A stretch of 64,000 nucleotides of DNA from Macrostomum lignano (lineage: Eukaryota), in NCBI GenBank assembly GCA_002269645.1, contig NIVC01000426.1:186001-250000 (forward strand), written 5' to 3'. The notes below the pieces were generated by a model that was given only the letters and a program-made list of their open reading frames with translations, did not search any database and was not told where the DNA came from. Positions 36,952 through 49,200 of the stretch are shown here, one piece after another. The number at the start of each line of letters is the position of its first letter. Within the stretch, counting starts at the first letter, position 1. The position numbers and the translations under genes were made by a program.

Positions 36952-39048
36952 GGGTCTACGACAATTGACTGCCACAATTTGACTGCCACAATTTGACTGC
37001 CACAATTTGACTGCGGTCAATTTGACTGCCGAGCAATTTGACTGCCGACAAAATGACTGCCGACAAAATGACTGCCGACAAAATGACTGCCGACAAAATG
37101 ACTGCCGACAATTTGACTGCCGACAAAATGACTGCCGACAAAATGACTGCCGACAAAATGACTGCCGACAATTTGACTGCCGACAAAATGACTGCCGACA
37201 AAATGACTGCCGACAAAATGACTGCCGACAATTTGACTGCCGACAAAATGACTGCCGAGCAATTTGACTGCCGACAAAATGACTGCTGACAAAATGACTG
37301 CGGAAATTTGACTGCCGACAAAATGACTGCGGTAATTTGACTGCAGACAATATGACTGCGGCAATTTGACTGCCGACAAAATGACTGCCGACAATTTGAC
37401 TGCCGACAAAATGACTGCCGACAAAATGACTGCCGACAATTTGACTGCCGACAAAATGACTGCCGACAAAATGACTGCCGACAAAATGACTGCCGACAAA
37501 ATGACTGCCGACAAAATGACTGCCGACAAAATGACTGCCGACAAAATGACTGCCGACAAAATGACTGCGGAAATTTGACTGCCAGCAAAATGACTGCGGC
37601 AATTTGACTGCCAGCAAAATGACTGCCGGAAAATGATGCTCCTAAAGTTTAGCACTCTGTCAACCCTTTTAAGTCTATGCATGTAGTGAAATATTGTATT
37701 TACGAGCTAGAATGATGCAGAACAGAACACATAACTTTTATACAACAAGCTGTAACAGCTGTTGAAACCCGCGGATTTTGAACAGTGGGAAATGGGAACT
37801 CCAATCTTAGGAACTATTTTGCATATATTCTAAAATCTGAAGTTAAACTCAAGCAAAAACTTTTATTATTAGAGTTAAACATAACATAGATTACATTCGT
37901 GTAAAATTAGGATTGGAGGCAAACTATTGATATTGTTGGCTGGGGTGCGGCGCAGAATGTCAGAAAAACTCTGGCCTCTACTTCTGCCTCTCGATCCCTA
38001 TGTTCCTTGCATCCTTTGAACCTTCTATCTTCTCTTCTGTTTTCTCACTTCTCTCTCGTCTCTGCTCTCTCATCTCCCCTCTCTCATCTGTAATCTTTAC
38101 TCTCTTATACTGGTATGTTCTCTCACCTCTCTCCTCTGTACTCTTCTCTTTCCCCTCTTTTGACTCCTCTCTTTCCTTTCTCCTTTCTTGCCTTTTCTTT
38201 TCTTCTCTTCTTTCTTCTATACTCTCTCCCTCTCTTGTCTTTTCTCTTCTCTCTCTGCGCTCTCCTCTCTCCTCTCATATATCGTGTTCACTCTCTGACT
38301 CTCATCTTTGCTCTCTCATCCCCCTCTCATCTTTACTCCTCACTCCTGTGTACCTGGCACTTCACTCTTCCCCTCTTCTGACTCCTCTCTTTCCTTAGTC
38401 CTCTTCTTTTCCCTCTTCTATACTCTCTCCCCTTTATTCACTTCTCTCGTCTCTCTGCACTCTGCTCTCTCCGCCTTCATCTCTCATCTCTCATCTCTCC
38501 TTTCATCTCTCTCATCTCTCTCATCTCTCCTTTCCCTTGTCTTCTTTTTCAACTTCTCTCTCATCTCTCTCTCCTCTTTTGCATAACGAGAATGCGCCTA
38601 GCAAGCTTTGCCTCAGTCATTTTGTCGGCAGTCATTTTGTCGGCAGTCATTTTGTCCGCAGTCATTTTGTCGGCATTTTGTCGGCAGTTAAATTGTCGGC
38701 AGTCATTTTGTCGGCAGTCATTTTGTCGGCAGTCATTTTGTCGGCAGTCATTTTGTCGGCAGTCATTTTGTCGGCAGTCATTTTGTCGGCAGTCATTTTG
38801 TCCGCAGTCAAATTGTCGGCAGTCATTTTGTCCGCAGTCATTTTGTCGGCAGTCATTTTGTCGGCAGTCATTTTGTCGGCAGTCATTTTGTCGGCAGTCA
38901 TTTTGTCGGCAGTCATTTTGTCCGCAGTCATTTTGTCGGCAGTCATTTTGTCCGCAGTCATTTTGTCGGCAGTCATTTTGTCCGCAGTCAAATTGACCGC
39001 AGTCAGATTGTGGCAGTCAAATTGACCGCAGTCAATTGTCGTGCACCC
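36952..39048. mobile_element. Mutator-like foldback element whose arms are 15-bp tandem arrays
   Basis: Termini GGGTCTACGACAATTGAC...GTCAATTGTCGTGCACCC. Perfect 9-bp TSD gaagttttt. Left arm (tgactgccgacaaaa)n ~36960-37630; right arm is its reverse complement at ~38610-39040. Confidence 0.9.
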
Positions 39049-40063
39049 GAAGTTTTTGTATTTTATTTAGAATGCATTTCAGACTTTTACTCTAAATTGG
39101 TATTTTTCACCTGTACACGTATGCTGTACATTTACATCTGCAATTTCAAATGTACTATATATTGATAGTTGGAACGATCCTATGGTTCATTAAATGTTGA
39201 TTTAGCTAGATTTCTAGCTATGGAATTTTAATTTTTTTAGTTACGCTTGTATCATGAATTCAGTACTCGTATATACGAGCGCTCTGAATTTTAATCAATC
39301 ATAGTGATGTAACCACCCTTGTCGCCCGTCCGCTCCGTTGAGAGACGAACGCATGACCAGAGGGGGCAATGACCATAGGCTGCCTATGACCGGGCAATGA
39401 TCTGACGGACCTCCAGCACCAGACTGTCCCGCCCACATGATTGATAGCTTTGGTAGCGCTTTCGTGATCAGAGGGCCAAGGACTCTGACCAGAGTGACCA
39501 GAGGCGAACATGAACTGTCTATAGTTTAGATTGCTCAGGGCGAAGGGACGCGTGAGCATGGGGTTGCAACCTTCCTGCTGCCATTCTGTGCCAAGACTCG
39601 CTAATTCCCTCTACTGCACGTACACTCGGAACCGCAGCACGCGCACACAGGCGGGCTTTGCACGGGGAGAGGCCATTAGCTTACCCAAACTTCCTTATGC
39701 TTTGCCACCCAGGGAGAAAGGCTTAGCAAGCCATGAATTAAATGATGGTGAAAGTTTGAATAATGAGGAGTTTAGTAATGGTTAATAATTAGGCCCTAAG
39801 GCAAAACAATCAGTCAAACAGGCGGCTTCACTATTGAATAAATACAGCAAAAGATACGGTATCACAATTGGCTCAGCTCTCTAATCAAGCAATGGGAAAT
39901 AAGCAAACCCCGGATAAGCAAGGCAATTAGAGCACAAATTAGTAACAGGAACTTACCGGCAGCTGCACAGAGAGAGAGAGACGGAGTGACCGAGGGCGGC
40001 TGTTGGCTGCAGACAGGCAGACTGTGAAGCGGCGATGCGCTGAAGCGGCGAGGCGCTGATGTA

Positions 40064-41409
40064 CGAGGTGTATTCAAAAAGTTCTTTTCGGTGCCCTACA
40101 AAACTGAACACAAAACAACTGGAACTATGAAAACACTGTTAGATTGCTTAACATGATTCGGTCACTCAACATATTCACCGCCAATGTCTTTGCACTTCTG
40201 CCAGCGATTTACCAGGCCTCTGATTCCGGAACTCACACCACTCGCGTCCGTTTGGCGAACAGCTTGATTGCATGCAGCCTCGATGTGCTCGACGCTGTCG
40301 AATCGAATGCCCCGAAGGTGCTTCTTCACAGATGGAAATAAGAAGAAGTCGCACGGCGACAAATCAGGCGAATAGGCTGGATGTTGGAGCACTTCCCATC
40401 CCCATTTGCTCAGGAGTTCCACGACGTTGTGCTTGCGATGTGCTGGCGCATTGTCGTGCAGCAGGATCACGCCAGATTCCAGCAGATCAGGGCGCTTCTT
40501 TCGTATTGCTGGGCGCAGCTTCTCCTGCAGAATCCACTTGTAGTAGTCCCCATTGACGGTGGTTCCTTGTGGGACTGCCCAGTTCAGCAGGATTCCTTGG
40601 GAATCAAAAAACATGACGTGCATGATCTTCATCGCGCCCTGCTTCCTGATGGCCTTCTGAGGTCTTGGAGAATGTGCTGGAAGCCATTCGGCAGACTGGG
40701 CCTTTGTCTCAGGATCCCAGCTGTAAACCCACGTCTCGTCTCCAGCTACAATTCTTGATAGAAAATCCTCCCCTTCTCGATGGAACCGACGCAGGTGGCT
40801 GCTTGAAGCCACAGTTCGCTGCATCTTTTGCTCACCTGTCAGCAGGTGTGGCACCCACTTGCAAAACTTTTTCTGCAGGTGAAGACGCTCCGTCAGAATG
40901 GTGTGGACGCTTCCTACTGACACACCAACGTCTTCTGCCAACTCTTCGCAAGTCCGTCGCCGATCATCATCCAGGAGCTCTTGCACTTTCTTCACAACAG
41001 TCTCGTTGGTTGCAGTCATCGGCCTTCCAGAGCGATCATTGTCCTCAACGCTCTCTCTTCCCTCAGCGAACAGCCGGTACCATTTTCGAACTGTCTGCTC
41101 AGTTGGTGCACATTTGCCAAGCACTTGCTGAAGCTCCCTAAACATATCCGGTGGCTTTTTTCCTTGCAGAAACTGAAACTTCATCAAGCTTCGAACGTCT
41201 TGCTTTGAAAATGATTCAGCCATGGCCAAGAAATTGAGTGGTAGATGATAGAAATGTTCGCTGCTCTAACATAGTTGCAAACTGAGACTTAAAACCCTAG
41301 GAACGTTTAGGCCATAGACATAACTTGGTGAAATCGCTAAAATTCTGTTTACAAGGCTTTTTAAAAATAAATGCCAAAGGACCGAAAATAACTTTTTGAA
41401 TACACCTCG
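40064..41409 (-). mobile_element. Full-length mariner transposon, 1,346 bp
   Basis: TIRs CGAGGTGTATTCAAAAAGTT...AACTTTTTGAATACACCTCG flanked by a TA duplication (40062-63 and 41410-11). Confidence 0.97.
40162..41229 (-). CDS. Intact mariner DD34D transposase, 355 aa
   Basis: Uninterrupted ORF with an HTH region, WVPHLL, GDETW, LLHDNAPAH and YSPDLSPCDFFLF. Confidence 0.96.
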   Translation of the reverse strand: MAMAESFSKQDVRSLMKFQFLQGKKPPDMFRELQQVLGKCAPTEQTVRKWYRLFAEGRESVEDNDRSGRPMTATNETVVKKVQELLDDDRRRTCEELAEDVGVSVGSVHTILTERLHLQKKFCKWVPHLLTGEQKMQRTVASSSHLRRFHREGEDFLSRIVAGDETWVYSWDPETKAQSAEWLPAHSPRPQKAIRKQGAMKIMHVMFFDSQGILLNWAVPQGTTVNGDYYKWILQEKLRPAIRKKRPDLLESGVILLHDNAPAHRKHNVVELLSKWGWEVLQHPAYSPDLSPCDFFLFPSVKKHLRGIRFDSVEHIEAACNQAVRQTDASGVSSGIRGLVNRWQKCKDIGGEYVE

Positions 41410-43169
41410 TACGAGGCGTTCAGGCGATGCTGAAGATGCTGGGCGGTAACAGACCGCGGGCCGGCAGATAAGCTCACTTGGGGAGCTGAGGTAACTTGGC
41501 GGTAACAGACCGCGGACCGGCAGAGATTCGTCCTATAGACGAATGGGTCAGAGCAACGTCTGGCAGCAAGTCCAAAGAAGGACGAGGGAGACGAAGAGGT
41601 AACGCTTCTGAGGATTCTCATGCCAAAAACCGCTTCCTTAAATAGCCTTCCCAGCCGCCGCTCCAAGGTCGTTTCCATGACTCCCTCTCTCTGATTGGCT
41701 GCCGGCAGAATGACGTCAGAATGAGTCATGATGAGAAGCATGAGAACGGCTACATGAGAAATGGGAAAATTGCGCAATCCGGAGGTGGGGTGGGGGGATA
41801 ATCGGCACAGCGGGAGGTCGAGAAAGTGTTGCGCAAGCAAACATTGGGAACAATTTGGCTGGGGTCGAGAACAAAGGAAATGGAAATCGGGGATAATTGG
41901 GGAGAATCGAGAACAATAGAAAAGTAAACATTGGAGAAAAGGTGCTAATTGGGTGCGAAAACGAGAACAAAAGAAAGAGAAAATCTGGGAAAATGTGATA
42001 ATTGGGTGTGAAAAGGAGAACAAAAGAATAAAAAACGAGAACAATAGAAGCGGAGGTGGGGTGGGTGCCGCATGAGAAAATTTGGGGAGGAGAACAATGG
42101 CATGAGAAAAAGGTTGCGCAAGAGGGGTGGTGAGTCATCGATGAGTCATCGAGGGGAAAGAGGGGTCACAAGACTTGCGTCACCGTTTGGGAGTTTTAGT
42201 AGGAATGGGGTGACGGTGAGCGCACAAAGTACTGTCAGTAGATGCCAAAAGAGGGAGGGACAGCGCAGGAAAACAGTGCAAAGAGACAAAAATATGGGAA
42301 GCGGGAAAAGTACAAGATAGATAGGGTAAAGCGCATGGGAAATAGGGTAGCGGGTAGGGTACAGAGAGAGGTAGGGGCTCCGGAGAGGCATGTGTGGCGG
42401 CGCGGGAGACAGAGCCGAGGCAGCAGGGGGTGCAGCAGAGCGGGAGTCAGCAGGCCTGGTCAGAGACCTGGCCCAGTCCGACGGCTCTGCTCAGGAGGTG
42501 CACCGAGATCGGAGGTACATTTGAAAAATGCCCCTGCCGTATCCCGCGACCAGAGCGTGGTTACATCAATAGCTCGTATTAAAAATCATCCTCGTTCATC
42601 GAATGTATATATTGCGCTTTGCATGCAACGGGAATCTTGAATTAATTGTTTGCGGTAGCAACACGAGACACAGAAATTCCGGATTTCTCGAAAACAAAAA
42701 AGTGTGACAATTGTGTATAGGAATAGAAATTCATAATTTTTATTTTTAGAAGGCGAGCTCTCTCTATCAACTAAAACACGCGTACGGCCGAAGCGACCAA
42801 AGCAGCTTCAGCGTGCCAGAAATGACAAAAGCTGAGCTTGGAAGAAGTGTGGACGAGTGTGGAAGAAGAAGCAAACTCCCCAGCCCCCAGAGTGTGTTTA
42901 GCATCTGTTGTTTAGACAGATATTCTTTGCACATAGCATCTACACAGCACGCTGTGTTATAAGTAGGGTGTACACTGAGCAAGCCGGAAAAAGCGTCGGA
43001 AAGATACACACATGCAGTGCAGATGCACACAGTGCAGCTCCAGTCGCAGGACTGGCCAATATACGCTTGTATAGTTAAAAACTTTCAGCCAAGTTTGACC
43101 GCGCCCAACTGCATACAAGAGAGAGCATTGCAGCATTTATTTTACTGAGTCACAGCGCTCTCCGGCTGA

Positions 43170-43210
43170 TATAAATAGGAAAAGCCTATAGAAAGCTTTA
43201 TAATCCAGTC
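43170..43210 (+). promoter_or_regulatory. Candidate core promoter of prominin (TATA + Inr-like)
   Basis: TATAAATA at 43170-43177, tccagtc about 35 nt downstream, TGAGTCA (AP-1-like) at 43146-43152, ATG at 43243. Confidence 0.5.
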
Positions 43211-43242
43211 TCCACTCTCATCCGACCGAGTTCAGGATTGAG

Positions 43243-46200
43243 ATGGCGCCATCATCGGTGACTCTGGCGCTGGCAGCTGCTGTCTGCATCGCAGCCTGGA
43301 CTGGCACAGCGTCTGCGGACAGCCTGTCAGACTCTGTGCAGCCGTTCTACGAAGTCACTGAGAAATTCTTGGACTTCATCCAGCCATTCGAGGAGTCTGC
43401 GCTAGTTACTGATATTTTCACAGCCTTGTTTAGTAAGTTACATCCACATCACAGTGTGACACATCCACATCACAGTGTGACACATCCACATCACAGTGTG
43501 ACACATCCACATCACAGTGTGACACATCCACATCACAGTGTGACACATCCACATCACAGTGTGACACATCCACATCACAGTGTGACACATCCACATCACA
43601 GTGTGACACATCCACATCACAGTGTGACACATCCACATCACAGTGTGACACATCCACATCACAGTGTGACACATCCACATCACAGTGTGACACATCCACA
43701 TCACAGTGTGACACATCCACATCACAGTGTGACACATCCACATCACAGTGTGACACATCCAGACCCCATTCGAACACATCCAACATTCCAACCTGAATTG
43801 TCCAAATAGTCTGACGAATCTACATTCCTATTCTGACGCATTCACATTCCGGTCTGACACATCTATACATTCCTATTCTGACGCATTCACATTCCAGTCT
43901 GACAAATCTATACATTCCTATTCTGACGCATTCACATTCCAGTCTGACACATCTATACATTCCTATTCTGACGCATTCACATTCCACTCTGACACATCTA
44001 TCTATACATTCCTATTCTTACGCATTCACATTCCAGTCTGATACATCTATACATTCCTATTCTGACGCATTCACATTCCAGTCTGACACATCTATACATT
44101 CCTATTCTCACGCATTCACATTCCAGTCTGACACATCTATACATTCCTATTCTCACGCATTCACATTCCGGTCTGACACATCTATACATTCCTATTCTGA
44201 CGCATTCACATTCCAGTCTGACACATCTATACATTCCTATTCTCACGCATTCACATTCCGGTCTGACACATCTATCTATACATTCTTATTCTGTATAGCA
44301 GAAAACAGAAAGTTCAGTACAAAACTGGCTTTCATTCCTTGTGCAACGCCTGCTGAAGCCCGAATTCATCGCTTCTACTTTTGTGTTTCGTTCTGCTGCT
44401 CATTTCAGATGATACTGTCAAAAGCAGCAACAGCAGCAGCAGCCCACCCAGTTATAATTGGCAGAAGGTGAGTTGACTTAGCACTGAGGGTTTTTTTTTG
44501 GGGGGGGGGGGAAGCATGCTGATATGGCGAACTGGCAGGAAGCGGGGCAACAGAAACTGGAAGGGAAATGCGGTCCAGCTTTTTTACTGAGCCGCAACGA
44601 TTAACAAAATTTCCCTGCTAACCGGAAGTCGAACAAATGCTATTAATTGTTTGTTTTTGTTTCGTGGCTGAATCGCCTTGATTTTTGTGCCAAGAATTTT
44701 TTATACCCAGAAGTATAGCGTTCATGCCAAATATTGGCAGGCGTCTAAATCAGCCAAATGGAATGCCCCGTCTCCTTGAACTTCGGTCCAGTTTCAACCT
44801 CAGCTTCTCAACCCCGTCCCCTCACCCCCTGAACCTAATCCATTCAACTCTTTACCATGTCCCTTCACCCCTCAACTCCTCACCCCCCAGCACCTCAACC
44901 ACGTCCCTTCACCCCTTCTCCCCTCTCAACCCCTCACACCCAACCCCTCAACCCCTCACCTCTCAACCTCTCACCCCCCAACCCCGCACCCCTCAACCCC
45001 TCAACCCTAAACCCTTCACCCCCAACCTCTCACCCCTAACCCCTCACCCCTCCCTCACCCCTCCCTCACCCCTCAACCCCTCAACCCCTCACCCCCCAAC
45101 CCCTCAACCCCTCACCCCTCCCTCATCCCTCAACCCCTCAACCCCTCACCCCTCAACCCCTCAACCCCTCGGCCCTCAACCCCTAACCCCTCAACCCTTC
45201 ACCCCCAACCCCTCACCCCTCAACCTCTCACCCCTCAAACCCTCACCGTCAACCCCTCACCCTTCACTCTTCCCCTCCTTAACCCGGTCCCCTCACCCCT
45301 TAACCTCTCATCCCTCAAGCCCCTCAATCTCGTCCCCTCGCCCTCAATGTCTATGGCACAATTTCCCGTTTTTGCTCCTCACACCGCAGATAATCAGCCG
45401 CTACTGGGAGAGCATGAAGGGCTACTTCATTCTAGTCTGCATCGGCCTATTCTTAATCATTTTCGTTCCCCTGGCCGGTCTAATCACCTGCTGCTGCCGC
45501 TGCTGCTGCAAGAGCTGCGGCGGAAAAGGCAGCCAGATGGAGAAGCGAGGCTCGGATTGGCGCAGAGTGCTCTACGGTGTGCTGCTCATTGTGCTCACCA
45601 CCGCCATGGTGTGAGTGCCGGGATTTTGTCTGGAGTGGTTCAGGCTGGCATGAGAACGGGTCATGTTGTGGTGTGGATGGGTCAAATTGATATGGAAGGG
45701 TCAGACTGGGATATGGAAGGGTCATGCTGGGATATGAAAGGGTCAGACTGGGATATGGAAGGGTCAGACTGGGATATGGAAGGGTCAGACTGGGATATGG
45801 AAGGGTCAGACTGGGATATGGAAGGGTCAGACTGGGATATGGAAGGGTCAGAGTGGGATATGGAAGGGTCAGAGTGGGATATGGAAGGGTCAGACTGGGA
45901 TATGGAAGGGTCAGACTGGGATATGGAAGGGTCAGACTGGGATATGGAAGGGTCAGACTGGGATATGGAAGGGTCAGACTGGGATATGGAAGGGTCAGAG
46001 TGGGATATGGAAGGGTCAGACTGGGATATGGAAGGGTCATACTGGGATATGGAAGGGTCAGACTGGGATATGGAAGGGTCAGACTGGGATATGGAAGGGT
46101 CAGACTGGGATATGGAAGGGTCAGACTGGGATATGGAAGGGTCAGACTGGGATATGGAAGGGTCAGACTGGGATATGGAAGGGTCAGACTGGGATATGGA

Positions 46201-49200
46201 AGGGTCAGACTGGGATATGGAAGGGTCAGACTGGGATATGGAAGGGTCAGACTGGGATATGGAAGGGTCAGACTGGGATATGGAAGGGTCAGACTGGGAT
46301 ATGGAAGGGTCAGACTGGGATATGGAAGGGTCAGACTGGGATATGGAAGGGTCAGACTGGGATATGGAAGGGTCAGACTGGGATATGGAACATTCTGGCA
46401 AATACTACTGGCCTGTTTCAATAGCCAAATAGCTACGACCAGAGTAAAGTCGTATTGAAATTCTTCTGCAAAGCAAAGCAGTAAACAAACCTGCAGTGAA
46501 AACTTAAGTTGCAGCAATTTAACAAGTAAATTTCATAGTAAATTGACAATTCAAAAATGTTGTAGAAATTTAATTGTCAGGTGCAACAGAAGATGAAGTT
46601 CGCTAAACTGCTACATCTCTTTTCTAGAAAAGGCTAAGGGTTTATACTGACACTGTAAGATCTATCAGATATGATTAAACTGAACCACGATTTTCACTTT
46701 AGAGTGTGGCTCTGATAAATTTTATGTTACAATTAAACTTTATGGAATTGTCCAGCATGACTGGCTTGGAAATTGTCCAGATTCCTCTTAGCTTAGGGCA
46801 GACAGTGGAGGGGAGACAGTGGAGGGGAGACAGCGGGGGGGAGACAGCGGAGGGGAGACAGTGGAGGGGATACAGCGGAGGGGAGACAGCGGAGGGGAGA
46901 TAGCGGAGGGGAGACAGCGGAGGGGAGACAGCGGAGGGGAGACAGCGGAGGGGAGACAGCGGAGAGGAGACAGCGGAGAGGAGACAGCGGAGGGGAGACA
47001 GCGGAGGGGAGATAGCGGAGGGGAGACAGCGGAGGGGAGACAGCGGAGGGGAGACAGCGGAGGGGAGACAGCGGAGGGGATACTGCGGAGGGGAGACAGC
47101 GGAGGGGAGACAGTGGAGGGGAGACAGCGGAGGGGAGACAGCGGAGGGGAGACAGCGGAGGGGAGACAGCGGAGGGGAGACAGTAGAGGGCAGACAGTGG
47201 AGGGAGACAGCGGAGGGGAGACAGCGGAGGGGAGACAGCGGAGGGGAGACAGCGGAGGGGAGACAGCGGAGGGGAGACAGCGGAGGGGAGACAGCGGAGG
47301 GGAGACAGCGGAGGGGAGACAGCGAAACACCACGGTCGCCAACCATCTCCGTCCCGCAGGCTGGGAGTGGTGCTGGCCTTCATCTCGAACGAGCTGGTCC
47401 GTGAGCAGATGGACCCAAGCCGGGGGAAGCCGACCATGCTGGCGAACTTCAGCTTGCACATGGCTGGCGTGGCCGGCATGCTGTCCGAAGTGCCCAGGCG
47501 GGCCAGGAACAACAGCTTCTCGGCCGTGAACGCGCTTATAGCTGATATCTATCCCGCAGTGGGCATCTCCATGGTGAGCCTGCGGGACACTCTGGGCAGC
47601 AGCAGTAAGGCTGACGCGGTGCTTGCTGACGCTCTTCGAGCGATGCAGCTGCTCGGCGATGCGCACAGGCATTCTGAGAGCTACGTGCGGCATCATAGCA
47701 ACTACTCGGGCAATCTCAACAATCTCAACCTGATGCTGGGCGAGCTGCGTTCGAATCTCAGCGGCATCGAGCTGGACTGCCCGTTCAACGCCATCCAAGC
47801 CGACTGCAACCTGATTGGCAGCCGGCTGCCAACACTGCGGGTGACACAGAATGACAGCCAGACCGGACTGCTCAATGTCACCCAGCTGAACGGGCTGATG
47901 AGAGAGGTCAACAACACCGAGCTGACCCTGCAGTTGCTCAGCGCCAGGGAGGCTTTGAATAATGTCAGCAAAGTTGGAACCGAAATTGTGAGAGGAATTC
48001 AATTATTTAATTAATGAATTCCATTCAAACGTTTGTCTGCACATAACGCTTTATTTAACCTCGATTCAATCTAGATTGCACCTGTCCCAATGGGCAGTTC
48101 AGTCCAAGGACTGGGGGGTCGCCACAATAACCCCAGCTGGCACCCATTTTACAGCTGGGTGAGCTGAAGCAATGCAGAGTTAAGTGTCGTGCTCAAGGAT
48201 GCAAAATATTCCCAGTGGGTCGGGAATCGAACCCTCGACCTTTCAGTCGTGAGTCCGACGCTCTAACCACTGGGCTACAACCTATTTTGCCGTAAAGACG
48301 GTCTCATACTGTAAAGACTCACCTTGGAGAGGAATCTACTATCAGCAAAATAAATGAAGAGCCTAAATTCTAGGGATTCTACAGGATCATTTTGTAGCTC
48401 AGCCTTTTTTCTTAAGACCTTAATTGACAGTGCATTTTGTTGTGTTGCTGTCGAGTGCAACGCATAGAGTTAAGCCCGCTACACCCGCAGGTAACTGACT
48501 ATGCGAACGCGGTTGTCAAGTCAATTAACAGCAGTGCAGAGCTTCAGGTGATCTGGGGCACAGTGGAGCACCTGTTCAGCAGTTTAAACTCATTCATACT
48601 CAACAACAGCTACAAAGTGAACAGCACCGTAGTGAACCCCGTGACCCAGAGGGCTTCCAGTCTGGATGAGACCGCCGCGCACCTCGACCTGATTCGCTAC
48701 GGATCATTCATAGCCATCGCCAGTCTGGCCTCAGTGGTCATCGTGCTCTGGTACTTCGGCGTCATGTACGGTCTGTGCGGCGAGCCGCCTTACGAGGACG
48801 CCCGCTGCTGCAACAAAGGAGTTGGCGCCGACTGCCTCACTGTAGGCCTCGTCATCGGCTTCATCAGCTACGCCCTGCTGTTCATTGTCACCTTGGCCCT
48901 GTTCCTGTCTGGGGGGCTCAGCGGTGAGTCTGGGCAGCTCGGGTGGATCTGGGTGGGGATCTGGGTGGGGATTTGGGTTTGGAAACTGAGTGGGGATGTG
49001 GATGGGGATGTGGGTGGGGATCTGGGTGGGGATCTGGGTGGGGATCTGGGTGGGGATCTCGGTGGGGATCTAGGTGGGGATCTGGGTGGGGATCTGGGTG
49101 GGGATCTGGGTGGGGATCTGGGTGGGGATCTGGGTGGGGATCTGGGTGGGGATCTGGGTGGGGATCTGGGTGGGATCTGGGTGGGAATCTAAGTAGGAAT

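Noticed and set aside
39299-39600. 86-aa minus-strand ORF as a real exon
   Set aside because: No recognisable motif and no phase-compatible neighbouring exons found.
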